From Patescibacteria group bacterium (GTDB taxonomy: Bacteria; Patescibacteriota; Minisyncoccia; Portnoybacterales; UBA2143): DNA of 44,502 nt. Positions 10,436 to 20,787 of this stretch are shown piece by piece. Positions within the stretch are counted from its first letter, which is position 1, and the number at the start of each line of letters is the position of its first letter. The notes below the pieces were generated by a model. It had not been told where the DNA came from. It saw only the letters and a list, made by a program, of their open reading frames with translations, and did not search any database. The translations under genes were made by a program, and so were the position numbers. The DNA is taken from positions 1-44,502 of the forward strand of contig JAHJUH010000067.1 in NCBI GenBank assembly GCA_018829245.1. The letters are read 5' to 3'.

Positions 10436-11384
10436 ATATATGTTTTTTAGTTATCTTTAGTATTGACCAGGGCATTTGAATAACTGACCATAAAAACTTT
10501 GGTGTAAAAATAAAAACATATCTTATTAAAAACGTAATTTTATATGGAGAATATTTTAGATAAAAGATAAACCGATTTCTGTGTTGTATATATTTTACAT
10601 TAACCGAATTTCTTAGATAGCGACCAATCATTTTAAAGTAAATTATAATTTTTGATATTATTCCAACTTCCCTTATTTGAGCTTTTAAATCATCTGAAAA
10701 GAAAAGACTGGTTGTAGCTGACTTCATGTGCCAAACGCCACCAAAGGGTATATAAACCACTTGATAGCCAGCTTTTTTTGCTCTTTGACATAAATCAGCA
10801 TCTTCATAAAAAGCGAAATAAACATCATTAAATAAACCTATCTTATTTATTACTTCTCGTTTAACTATTAAAGCACATCCAGTAATAAAATCAACCTCCT
10901 TTTTAAAATCATCTTTTATTTCTTTATCTGTCAAACCCCTACCCAAAACATAACTATCTCCCTTGTTCCAAAGTATTTTTCCACCAGCAAATAGAATCTT
11001 ATTGGGTTCATTCATAGAATATATTTTGGGACCAATAACACCTATCTGAGGTGATTTTTCTAACTCCTGGACTAAAACTTTAATTAAATCAGGATGAATC
11101 GTTGTGTCGTCATCCAGAAAAAAAAGAATTTCTCCTTTAGCATGTTTAATACCCAAATTATGACCTCCGGTACAACCTAGGTTCTTTTTACTTAAAACTA
11201 ATTTAATCTGAGGAAATTTTCTAGCAATTAGTTCTGGCGTTCCATCTTTTGAATTATTATCAACCACAATGATTTCAAAATCTGGATAATTTGATTTTAA
11301 AACCGACTCAAGACAATTAGAGATATACTTAACCGCATTATTGGTCAAAACATTAACTGATACTTTAGGATAATTTTCTATCAT
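10416..11384 (-). CDS. GT2 glycosyltransferase (rhamnosyltransferase-like subfamily)
   Basis: VVDNNSKD, NLGCTGGHNLG, FLDDD, ITGCAL, YEDADLCQR. Confidence 0.9.
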   Translation of the reverse strand: MIENYPKVSVNVLTNNAVKYISNCLESVLKSNYPDFEIIVVDNNSKDGTPELIARKFPQIKLVLSKKNLGCTGGHNLGIKHAKGEILFFLDDDTTIHPDLIKVLVQELEKSPQIGVIGPKIYSMNEPNKILFAGGKILWNKGDSYVLGRGLTDKEIKDDFKKEVDFITGCALIVKREVINKIGLFNDVYFAFYEDADLCQRAKKAGYQVVYIPFGGVWHMKSATTSLFFSDDLKAQIREVGIISKIIIYFKMIGRYLRNSVNVKYIQHRNRFIFYLKYSPYKITFLIRYVFIFTPKFLWSVIQMPWSILKITKKHIYDNKKK

Positions 11385-12079
11385 AGTTTTTTAAATAGAA
11401 TAATATTCTCTCCTTTTTGCGATATTTTAAAGTTATATTTTTCAATAGCAGAATAGAATGTTTTACTACAACCTTCCCGCCATTTGTCGTGTAATTCAAT
11501 TATCAAAATATTCACCCTATTAAGCCAATCACAATTATGCGAAAAAAATTCTTTCTCTGCTCCTTCTATGTCCATTTTTAGAATATCTATTTCATTATAT
11601 CTATTTACCAATTCATCAATAGTTATGGTTGGGATATCGCCACCCTCTTCCGTCTTAAATCCCCACTCACCTAGACCTGCATCAACTATCTTAAGATTAG
11701 TTTTCTTATACCAAAGTCCTGCTTTAACTAATTCAATCTGTTTATATCTTGAAGTGTTTAATTTCAAAATACTAAAGTTATTTTCTTCCGGTTCTATGGC
11801 TATTACCTTAGCTTTGGGAAATCTATTATGAAAGTAGAGAGTTGAGTATCCTGCGTTAGCTCCAGCATCCACTATAACCTTTGGTTCAATGTTGACTGGG
11901 AAATCATACTCCCTAGAAACAAATATTTGTTTAAATACTTCAATATCAGAGGTATTTTTTCTTATGATTAATGGTTTGAATTTAATAGAATAGTAGATTA
12001 AATAAATTCTATTTCTAAATTCATTAATTATCCCATATTGAGTTTTTGGAATAAATTTTTTAATTATTCTTCGAAGCAT
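11381..12079 (-). CDS. FkbM-family methyltransferase
   Basis: IVDAGANAG, AIEP, IDILKMDIEGAE, IELH. Confidence 0.9.
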   Translation of the reverse strand: MLRRIIKKFIPKTQYGIINEFRNRIYLIYYSIKFKPLIIRKNTSDIEVFKQIFVSREYDFPVNIEPKVIVDAGANAGYSTLYFHNRFPKAKVIAIEPEENNFSILKLNTSRYKQIELVKAGLWYKKTNLKIVDAGLGEWGFKTEEGGDIPTITIDELVNRYNEIDILKMDIEGAEKEFFSHNCDWLNRVNILIIELHDKWREGCSKTFYSAIEKYNFKISQKGENIILFKKL

Positions 12080-13382
12080 ATTTAAAAATATTTTTAATTA
12101 CTAAAAGATGCGCAATCAAGGAAAGAATAACACTAATAACCAAAGATAGAATAACAGCTATCGTTGAACTATAAATTCTTATTAAAATAAATACTAATAA
12201 TATCATTAAAATAACATGACTAGTATTAATTATAATTGAAGTTTTCATTTTATTAACCGTCCTATAAAAAGCACTAATTCCTACGCCTAAACCAGAAACA
12301 AGCATCATAGGAGATAACCAATAGACTAATTCAATACTAGGAATATATTCTACTCCATAAAAGAATTTTACTAAATAAGGAGCTAAGATAGTAAAAGGAA
12401 TGATTAACAAAGCAGAGATTACACCAGAATAGACAGTTGTTTTCTTAAAATGATCTTTTAGTGTCTGTAGGTTATTTGCATTAGACTTAGGTAATTGAAC
12501 GGCTAGAAGACGAGAAATTGGTTCTAAAATTAATGATGAAATAGCAATATAACTGAAAGCAATTTTAAAATAACCCACTTCCTGTGTAGAAGCAAAAATA
12601 CCTAAAAATATAACTGGCAAAATAGAGACAAGGCGACCTAGGTTCTTATCAAAAGCAATTGAAAAACCAAAATTGAAATATTTACTTAACTTTATTTTTC
12701 TAAAATTTAGAAATATCTCTCTCAAAGAAGGGAAAAGCTCATCTTTTTTAACTAAAGAAGAATAAATAAAAATAGATAGAATTAAAAAAATAAAAGCAGA
12801 AATAAAATGACCCCAAACTATTCCCACTAAACCCCAACCAATAAAAGCAAAAAGAACTGGTAATAAACTATGAATAATTTTTTCAAAACTTTCCAAGATA
12901 GTCAATTGCTTGATTTTGCGAACAACTTGTAAAACAATTATAAGTAAACTATAAATAATACTTAGAAAAACACCCAATAAAATTATTCTTGCCCACTGAC
13001 CTATTTGACTACTGTCATAGAGTCGTTCTGTCAAAAAAGGAGCTAAAATGAAACTTAAAACACCTATAATACAAGTAGCTAAAATAGTAATTTTTAGAAA
13101 ATAAGTTAAAGCATTCTTAATCTCCTGTTTATCTTTTCTGGTATAAGCATCAGCTAAAAGAGTTAAACCGGCATACATTCCTCCCCAATTCATAAAAATC
13201 CCAACCAAACCAACAAAAGCAAAAATTAAGCCATAAGTTCCATATAATTCTGGCTTTAATAAACGAGCTAGAATAATGGAGCCTATTGCCCCTAGAAAAA
13301 TTGATAAAAATTTACCCACTTGCAAAATACCAACATCTTGAACAAATGATATTTTAATAAAATCTTTAAATCTTGAAATCAT
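12060..13382 (-). CDS. wzx: Wzx-like oligosaccharide flippase (MOP superfamily)
   Basis: About 12 TM segments, IILARLLKPELYG, EVGYFKIA, FYGVEY motifs. Confidence 0.85.
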   Translation of the reverse strand: MISRFKDFIKISFVQDVGILQVGKFLSIFLGAIGSIILARLLKPELYGTYGLIFAFVGLVGIFMNWGGMYAGLTLLADAYTRKDKQEIKNALTYFLKITILATCIIGVLSFILAPFLTERLYDSSQIGQWARIILLGVFLSIIYSLLIIVLQVVRKIKQLTILESFEKIIHSLLPVLFAFIGWGLVGIVWGHFISAFIFLILSIFIYSSLVKKDELFPSLREIFLNFRKIKLSKYFNFGFSIAFDKNLGRLVSILPVIFLGIFASTQEVGYFKIAFSYIAISSLILEPISRLLAVQLPKSNANNLQTLKDHFKKTTVYSGVISALLIIPFTILAPYLVKFFYGVEYIPSIELVYWLSPMMLVSGLGVGISAFYRTVNKMKTSIIINTSHVILMILLVFILIRIYSSTIAVILSLVISVILSLIAHLLVIKNIFKYASKNN

Positions 13383-13394
13383 AATGTTTTATAT

Positions 13395-13403
13395 ATTTTA
13401 ACA
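13395..13403 (-). promoter_or_regulatory. Possible extended -10 element (TGtTAAAAT) upstream of wzx
   Basis: TGnTAAAAT lies 12 nt before the wzx ATG, at the point where the GT2 relic ends. The AT-rich background makes a chance match plausible. Confidence 0.35.
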
Positions 13404-13404
13404 C

Positions 13405-13585
13405 AATTTGAGAAAATCTTTTACTAATCATTTCAGGTATCCTATCTTTAGATTCATTATCAACAATAATAATTTTATAATCCAGATAAATTAATTCTTA
13501 AATAGATTTAAAATAATCAGTTACGTGATTAATGCCATTCCAAATAAGGATAACAATAGAAACTTTAGAATATTTTTTAATTCAT
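13405..13585 (-). pseudogene. Truncated GT2 pseudogene (N-terminal relic, paralog of 10416..11384)
   Basis: Manual translation YSKVSIVILIWNGINHVTDYFKSI*ELIYLDYKIIIVDNESKDRIPEMISKRFSQI aligns without gaps to GT2 10416..11384 (23/56 identities by hand count). Internal TAA at 13500..13498; frameshift just after the ATG at 13585. Confidence 0.85.
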
Positions 13586-13652
13586 ATTAAATAATTTAAT
13601 TATCTTTAGTTCTAATAGATTCAAAAAATTATTTTTGGCATAGTTAAATTAA

Positions 13653-14561
13653 TTATTTTTTCTTCCTAATATAAACACATAAAATATCTCGAGGATTTAC
13701 ATAAATAGATGTTGATAATAATACTTTTGGAATAAAAAATTTTAATATTTTAGATAAAAAGATACTATAAATCTCCATTCTCTTTATAAAAAATCGTACA
13801 TCAATATACTTTCCTATGTACTTTTGCTTAATAATACAAAAATCTACATCTTGAATAATTTTTTTAATCGTTCGTTTAGAAAAGAAAAATAAATGTTCAA
13901 TATCTTTAAAACCCATCCATTTATCTTTCATAATTCTTGCCGGCAAACTATCTATATCAGGAGTGGCTAAAACTAATAAACCACTTTTTTTTAAAAGGCG
14001 ATAAGCTTTTTGAATATCTTGTTTTGGATCTAAGCTATGTTCAATATAATCCCAAGCAGTAATAATATCGAAGTATTCATCAGGAAAATCGTATTCTAAA
14101 AATAATCCTTGATAAATATTTTTTCTTAAATCTTTTCTTACCATACTAACTGCATAATTAGATATATCCACACCATAAACATCCAATCCAGCACGTTTAG
14201 CAGATTCTAAAAAAAATCCAGTAGCACATCCTATATCAAGAATTTTACCTTTATTTGGATAAATCTTTAATATATCTTTAATTCTTTTTTCTGATGTCTT
14301 AATAATATTAGATTTATCACCTATATAATTCTGATAACCACATACTTGTGAATCATTATTTTTAAAATAAATTTTACTATAAATTGATTTTAACTCTTTT
14401 ATAGATAATTGAGGATGAATAAAAATCAAATTACAATTCAAACAACGATACAAATTATTATTTTGTTTTCTAATATATATACGATATATATTATTTGAAC
14501 CACAAATATTACAAATAAGAGAAGAATGATTTTTTAAACAATTTTTATTAATTTTTTTCAT
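13653..14561 (-). CDS. Class I SAM-dependent methyltransferase with N-terminal Zn-ribbon
   Basis: CNIC..CLNC, ILDIGCATG, FDIITAWDYIEH, LLKKSG, EHLFFF. Confidence 0.88.
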   Translation of the reverse strand: MKKINKNCLKNHSSLICNICGSNNIYRIYIRKQNNNLYRCLNCNLIFIHPQLSIKELKSIYSKIYFKNNDSQVCGYQNYIGDKSNIIKTSEKRIKDILKIYPNKGKILDIGCATGFFLESAKRAGLDVYGVDISNYAVSMVRKDLRKNIYQGLFLEYDFPDEYFDIITAWDYIEHSLDPKQDIQKAYRLLKKSGLLVLATPDIDSLPARIMKDKWMGFKDIEHLFFFSKRTIKKIIQDVDFCIIKQKYIGKYIDVRFFIKRMEIYSIFLSKILKFFIPKVLLSTSIYVNPRDILCVYIRKKK

Positions 14562-14960
14562 AATACAACTTAATAATTAAAAAATGCAATAATAAAAAAA
14601 TTATATTTATAGCAATTAAAACCCAAACTACAGCTATTAAAGGAGATAAATTTTTAACCAAAACAATCATTAAAATTACTTGAAAAACATTAACTACAAT
14701 TAAAGTCTTCATTTTATTAACTGTCTGATAAAAAAACTAGTCCAACTCCAAAACCAGAGAAGGCAGCGAAAATAGCTAAATAATAAACTAATTGAATGCT
14801 TTTAATATATTCTTTTGTCCATAAAAAAACTAATTAAATAAGAAGATAAAATAATAGAAGTAACTACGCTTAAAAAAATGGAAATAAACTTACCTATTTA
14901 CAAAATATCAACATCTTGAATAAATGATATTTTAATAAAATCTTTAAATTTTGAAATCAT
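14548..14960 (-). pseudogene. Internally deleted wzx flippase pseudogene (paralog of 12060..13382)
   Basis: Begins MISKFKDFIKISFIQDVDIL*IGKFISIFL (intact copy: MISRFKDFIKISFVQDVGILQVGKFLSIFL), then jumps to the C-terminal part (EYIKSIQLVYYL..SGFGVGL / QTVNKMKT..VILMI..LHFLIIK) with frameshifts. Confidence 0.9.
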
Positions 14961-14974
14961 ATTTTATATTTAAA

Positions 14975-16888
14975 TTAATTTTTAATTAAATAGATTTTTG
15001 ATACATAACCATCACTGCTATTATCAAACTTTAATTCCAAATCATTATTACTTAAACACTTCTTCTCTAAATCCTCTGGCCAATATTGATTAACGTAAAG
15101 GTAGTGATAATTCAAAATTTTGAATGATTGATTATCGCAATCTTTTTTAATTTTTTGGAAAATCATTGTTTCAGGTATATTTAAATTCTGTTCACGAAAT
15201 ATTTGAAAAGTAGGAGCAAATCGACCAGTTTGTAAAACAAAGTTTCTATTTGGAAAATAACTAATTTTATTATCAAAAGTAAAAAAAATATCTTCTAAGG
15301 TTGTATTTTCTTTAACCCATAAATATATTTCTGATTCTAAGTAGCTAGGCTCTACTGGTTGACCCCAAAAAGATTCATTACCATCAGGTCTGTAATATGG
15401 TTTGACTGCATGAGCAGTCAAAAAAATCAAACTATCAAAACATATAAAAACAAATAATATTACAAATATAGTTAAAACTAATTTACGATTCATCTTATCA
15501 CAAATAGCTTGATAAATATTTAACAAAAATAAACTGACTAAAATACCCCACAAAGGAGGAACCAAAAAGAGGACTCTCCTAATCTCCCAACTCCATTCCT
15601 TGATATGAATAACAAAAGGGATCACATAGGCAACTAATGAAATTAACCCAATTAACAACAAATACTTATTCTTCTTCTTATAAATATAAATCAAAGCTGG
15701 AATAATTAAAATCAATAATCCCCAGTTTAATATAAAATGATAACTAAAAATACTGACTTTTTGACCAAAATCTATAAAAAATGGGCTAATAGAAATAAAG
15801 AAGTCATAAGAAACAATTTCTCTTTGTTTTTTGAACATTTCTGTAAAAAGACCTCCTTGAAGCATGACTATTGGCCAAGTCAAGATATTAATAAGTAAAA
15901 ATGATTTCCATTCTTTATTAAAGATTGAAAAGATCAAAAAACTAAATAACATTATCACAAAGAAAGTTTCAGCACTAAGAGCTAAGATAGTTAATAAAAT
16001 TGATATTAAAATTGAAAACTTTATCCATTCCTTCTTATTATCCCAAAAATTAACATACAAATACAAAATCAATATTACCACTGGAAAAGCTACGGTTGCC
16101 CAACTTAAAATCATAGATTGAGCAGCCGAAGCTGTAATATGTATTTGCCCATGCATCATATCAGCAATAAAAGCAAAGTTACCATTACCCGACAATAAAT
16201 TAGCTATTCCTTTAAATCCAAAAAAAGAATTTAATCCTCCACCTAAAAGAGCAACTAGGGCTGTTAAATAGGAAAAAAGTTTTTTCTTTGTAAGATAAAA
16301 AACAAAAATAAAAGATAAAGCAAAAAATAATCCATAAGCAATAGCTATTTGAATATCATGAATAAACCATAATTTTATATCAGATATTTTATACATAGAA
16401 GCTCGCCAAAGCTCTGATGCATAATGATATTTAATTGTTTGATCAGGTAAAAAAGGAGCTTTAACGGGAAAATTACCCTGACTAATAGTTGAAGAAAGAG
16501 GCAATTGAGTAAAAGCTACTTCATCTCCATCAATTTCTCTAGCTGCTGAAAAACCAGATAAGATAATAATTAAAGAAAATGTAATTAACAAAGTAAGTCG
16601 CCATTTCTTTTCAAAAGACCAAACAGTTTTCTTATTACTTTTCTTAAGGAATTTAATACCTAGCCCAACTATTAACAAAAATATTAATACTAAATAGAAG
16701 TTAATTCTCACATCTATAAGGTAAGATGTAATATTAAGGATAAAGATATAAAAGAATATTCCAAAAGATAATGATAAAGGAATTAAAAATTCCCGCCTAT
16801 TCTCTTTAAGTAAAAGTCTAGTTAATTGCCAACCAAAAAAGAATAGAATTGAAAAATAAACAAAAATTGAAAAAATTGAATAAAACAT
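14975..16888 (-). CDS. Large multi-pass membrane protein, probably GT-C-like
   Basis: More than 12 TM segments, acidic DGDE in an early loop, YHY motif, C-terminal soluble domain with WVKENT and YLYV. Function inferred. Confidence 0.55.
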   Translation of the reverse strand: MFYSIFSIFVYFSILFFFGWQLTRLLLKENRREFLIPLSLSFGIFFYIFILNITSYLIDVRINFYLVLIFLLIVGLGIKFLKKSNKKTVWSFEKKWRLTLLITFSLIIILSGFSAAREIDGDEVAFTQLPLSSTISQGNFPVKAPFLPDQTIKYHYASELWRASMYKISDIKLWFIHDIQIAIAYGLFFALSFIFVFYLTKKKLFSYLTALVALLGGGLNSFFGFKGIANLLSGNGNFAFIADMMHGQIHITASAAQSMILSWATVAFPVVILILYLYVNFWDNKKEWIKFSILISILLTILALSAETFFVIMLFSFLIFSIFNKEWKSFLLINILTWPIVMLQGGLFTEMFKKQREIVSYDFFISISPFFIDFGQKVSIFSYHFILNWGLLILIIPALIYIYKKKNKYLLLIGLISLVAYVIPFVIHIKEWSWEIRRVLFLVPPLWGILVSLFLLNIYQAICDKMNRKLVLTIFVILFVFICFDSLIFLTAHAVKPYYRPDGNESFWGQPVEPSYLESEIYLWVKENTTLEDIFFTFDNKISYFPNRNFVLQTGRFAPTFQIFREQNLNIPETMIFQKIKKDCDNQSFKILNYHYLYVNQYWPEDLEKKCLSNNDLELKFDNSSDGYVSKIYLIKN

Positions 16889-16892
16889 AAAC

Positions 16893-17996
16893 TTAAGTAT
16901 TCCTATAAACCTCTATATATTCTAACACAATTTCAGACCAATCGTGCTCTTGAGCCCATTTCCTTCCATTCTGACCAATAGTTTTGGCTAAATCAGAATT
17001 AGATAGAATATTTATTATAGCCTTACTTGTTTGACTAATATCATTTTGATTTACCAATAAACCATTATAATTATCCTTAATAGCATCCTCAGCCCCACAA
17101 CCATAAGTTCCAATAACCGGCTTTCCACAAGCATTAGCCTCTAAATAAACTAAACCAAAACCTTCAAACTTACTACCTTCTACATATATTGGTGTTAATA
17201 AAAATAAGTCTGATTGATAATAATGTTTAATTAAATCTCCTTCAAGAACATTTTCTAAAAAAACAACATTTTTTTCTAAAGAATATTTAACAACTATCTT
17301 TTTTAATTCTTCGAAATATTCTTTATTCTTTTGATTGCCAATAATATAATATTTCAAATTAGAATATTTTTTAACTACTTCAGCTATAGCAGAAATAGAT
17401 ATATGATACCCCTTTCGAGATACCAAAGCTCCAACGCTAACGATATTTTTTGTATCCGATTCAAAAGAACCATCTATCTGAAACTTATTGTAATCAACTC
17501 CATTATTAATAATAGTAAGATTATTTAAATCAGGTATTTTTTTTAAAACCTCGTCTTTAGTAAATTGACTAATACAAATTATTTTTTTCGCTTTTTGATA
17601 AACCCGACTGTAGAGACCTCTTAAATACCACCTATTTAAAGCATCAACTGCATAAGTCCCGTGTAGGGTAATTAGAATTGGACGTTGTCGACAGACCAGG
17701 TAAGCTATTAGACCATACGGCTCAGCTAAAACATGGACTATATCTGCCCCTTGAATTAACTTTCTAATCTTAAAAAAATTCTTGATAAGAACATATAACT
17801 TAATCCAACGATTAATAAATAAAGGTGGTAGAACTTTATACTCTTTAACTGAGGGTAAATCATTTATCTGACTTTGAACTGAAGACAGAACTAAAAAATC
17901 TACATTCTCTTTTGAACAATGTTTAATTAAATTAACTGCATAACTTCCCCAACCATCTCTAAGAGACAATTGATTGACTAAAAAACATATTTTCAT
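16893..17996 (-). CDS. GT4 glycosyltransferase
   Basis: TLHGT, NGVD, VGALVSRKG, EGFGLVYLEANACGKP (Ex7E). Confidence 0.92.
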   Translation of the reverse strand: MKICFLVNQLSLRDGWGSYAVNLIKHCSKENVDFLVLSSVQSQINDLPSVKEYKVLPPLFINRWIKLYVLIKNFFKIRKLIQGADIVHVLAEPYGLIAYLVCRQRPILITLHGTYAVDALNRWYLRGLYSRVYQKAKKIICISQFTKDEVLKKIPDLNNLTIINNGVDYNKFQIDGSFESDTKNIVSVGALVSRKGYHISISAIAEVVKKYSNLKYYIIGNQKNKEYFEELKKIVVKYSLEKNVVFLENVLEGDLIKHYYQSDLFLLTPIYVEGSKFEGFGLVYLEANACGKPVIGTYGCGAEDAIKDNYNGLLVNQNDISQTSKAIINILSNSDLAKTIGQNGRKWAQEHDWSEIVLEYIEVYRNT

Positions 17997-19375
17997 ATCT
18001 TTTTTATTAATCGATAAATTGGTCGACTTATTTTATAAAGAAAAGGTGTTGAAATAATAAATCCTTTTATTTGCCTCATTTTTTCTTTAGCTGCCTTTTT
18101 CCTATCGTATTGCTTGTAAACATTGTAGGTAAAATTCCGAACTTCTTTTTTTATCTGACTAGAACTTAAATCTGGTAATTCTAAAACAGATTCATCCATA
18201 TAACAGTCGATATGACCTTTAGTAATTAATCCCTGTTCAATGCACATTTGGCCCAATAAGGTTTCAGGATAAGGATAGAAAGCAGTTACTTGCATAAAAT
18301 CAGGTTTAATCTTAGCATTGAGGTTAATTGTTTCTTGAATAGTTTCCTTAGTCTCTCCGGGAATACCAATCATATTAAAAGAAAATGTTTTAATTCCCAC
18401 CTTCTTAGCTAAATTAAATAATTCAACAACCTCTTGATCTGAAATACTTCGCCCCAAAACTTCTTTTCTTAAATCTTGATTACCAGTTTCTAAGCCAACC
18501 TTGATCAAATTACAGCCAGCCTTCTTAAAAGCTATTAAAGTCTCTTCATCCACAGCTCCAATTCGAACATTGCATTCAAAACTCATATCAAACTCTTTTG
18601 AATATTTATCACAAAACTCCAAAACCCAATCTTTGTTTAAAGAAAAAGTATCATCATCAATTTTAAAATGTTTAAAATTATATTCCTTCTTAAAATCTCT
18701 AATCTGTTCAACAGCTCGATCAACGCTCATGAATCTTAAATATTGACCTTGACCAGAGTAAATTTTTTTAAAAACATGATTACAACAATAAGTACAGTTA
18801 AAAGGACATCCTCTTGAGAATATAAAGCGTGGAGAGATCTCTCCACCATCAGCTTCCTTAAAATATTTAAAAATTGAATAATCTGGAAAAGGTAATTGAT
18901 CTAAATCAATTAATAAAGGAGCGATATTGTTTTTTATAACCTGATCTTTCCTTTTAAACCAAAAATTATTAATATCTGTATAATCTTTTTTCTGTTCAAT
19001 TCGATTAACCAATTCTAAAAGAGAATCTTCAGCTTCACCAACGCAAATTCCATCAAAACTATCTTCTTCAACTGCTTCTTCTGGTCTAATAGTAGAATGA
19101 ACTCCTCCTAAAAATACTGGAATATCAAATTGGGACTTGATTTTTTTAGCTATCTCAATAGCATAGAAATACTGATGAGAATTCGCCGATAGGCCAATAA
19201 CCTGTGGCTGATATGATTGAATAAAAGAATTAATTTGATCAATTTCTTTTTTATCCTCTATCTCCAATAAATCAACCTTATGTCCAGCCTTTTTTAAAAC
19301 AGCCGAAAGAAAAGATATCCCGACTAACCATTTTGCCTACGAACCAATTTTAGGAGCGATAAATAAGATTTTCAT
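17993..19375 (-). CDS. Cobalamin-binding radical SAM enzyme (RS-B12 #3) interrupted by an in-frame TAG at codon 13 (possible pseudogene)
   Basis: ATG at 19375 (TAATG-coupled) reads MKILFIAPKIGS*AKWLVGISFLSAVLKKAGHKVDLLEIED in frame with track ORF 17993..19267; GGVH, GEAE, SRGCPFNCTYC, DDTF, GIPGET. Confidence 0.85.
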
Positions 19376-20787
19376 TAGAAGCCAACTCCAATAATATACA
19401 TAAAAGCATCAAAATATTGCTTAAGCTTACTTAAATCCCTTAAACGCTTAAAATGCTTCCAAATATATTTAGGTCTGAAATAAAATTTTTGATAAGCTAA
19501 ATGAAGCATTTTCTTAATCTCTTCTGCATCCTTATACCCATCTGGGATATAGGTTGGAGTAGTTCGACCTTTATACATTGGCACAATCCGCCCACTTTTA
19601 AGAGCATCATCATATAAATCTGTTCCCCATTCAGGATGAGTCGGTAAAAACTGAACATAAGTAAAATCAACATCGCAGGCAAATTCAATCGTTTTTAATG
19701 CTTTGGCTGGTGTTTCGCCTGGTAAGGCCAGCATAATAGAACCACGCGAATCAATTTTCAGCTGATTAGACCATTTAATCGCCTGACGAATTTGATCTAA
19801 GGTGATTCCTTTTCTAATTCTATCCAAAAGATCTTGATTACCGCTCTCTATCCCATAAAATATATTCCAAAGACCCGACTTAGAGGCTCTTTCCATCATT
19901 GATCTATTAATAGTATTAACCCGAGCATAAGCACTCCAGGGAATTTTAATTCCTTCCTTATCTAATAAGTCACAGAACTTATTAACCCAATCTTCGTTAA
20001 CTAAAAAATTATCATCCCAAAAAGCAACCTCTTTAATTTTCTGTGTTTCGATTAAAAATTTGATTTCCTTAATAACTCGTTCCGGTGAATGTCTTCTGTA
20101 TTTTTGAGAAGCCCGACCAGCCTCAAAACAAAAAGTACATCTTCCCCAAGGACAACCACGTGAAGTTAAGATATTGGCTACTGGCATTTTCTTGTATTGC
20201 AAAGGTAAGGGACGATACAAGCTGTAATCGTATAATTCATGAGCCGGAGGCAGAACCTCATCTAAATTAGCGACTGACTCGGCTAAGGGATTCATTTTAA
20301 TTGATCCGTCTTCCAAACGAACTCGGGTCCCAAATACTTCTATTGGCAATTCTTTATTATCTTCATAATAATCAACAACTTCTTCAAATATTCTTTCTCC
20401 TTCACCTAGGACGATCATATCTAATTTAGGAGCTTCTTTGAAAACTAAGTCCGGAAAACAATTAACATGAGGACCACCTAAAACTATAGGCAAATCATAA
20501 TGACCTTTTAAAAAATCTATTAAACTATAAGTCTCTTCAGCTGATGCTGTTACAGCTGAAATCCCAATTAAATCTGGCTTGAATTCGTCAACTTCTCGTC
20601 TAATATCTTCGTTTTCGTAATTTAAAGGAGAAGAATCGATAATTTTTATCTGATGACCTTTTTTAATCAAGGGCGCCGCTAAATACCCCAAAGCTAAGGG
20701 AGGAAAAAATCCAGCTCTTAGTTTTCTTTTTGAGCCATATCCTTTTTCCATTAAATTAAATGGTGGAGTTAATAGCAATATTTTCAT
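19375..20787 (-). CDS. Cobalamin-binding radical SAM enzyme (RS-B12 #4)
   Basis: MKILLLTPP, PPLALGYLA, GGPH, GEGE, SRGCPWGRCTFC (Cx4Cx2C variant), DDNF, GIESG, LPGET. Confidence 0.92.
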   Translation of the reverse strand: MKILLLTPPFNLMEKGYGSKRKLRAGFFPPLALGYLAAPLIKKGHQIKIIDSSPLNYENEDIRREVDEFKPDLIGISAVTASAEETYSLIDFLKGHYDLPIVLGGPHVNCFPDLVFKEAPKLDMIVLGEGERIFEEVVDYYEDNKELPIEVFGTRVRLEDGSIKMNPLAESVANLDEVLPPAHELYDYSLYRPLPLQYKKMPVANILTSRGCPWGRCTFCFEAGRASQKYRRHSPERVIKEIKFLIETQKIKEVAFWDDNFLVNEDWVNKFCDLLDKEGIKIPWSAYARVNTINRSMMERASKSGLWNIFYGIESGNQDLLDRIRKGITLDQIRQAIKWSNQLKIDSRGSIMLALPGETPAKALKTIEFACDVDFTYVQFLPTHPEWGTDLYDDALKSGRIVPMYKGRTTPTYIPDGYKDAEEIKKMLHLAYQKFYFRPKYIWKHFKRLRDLSKLKQYFDAFMYIIGVGF

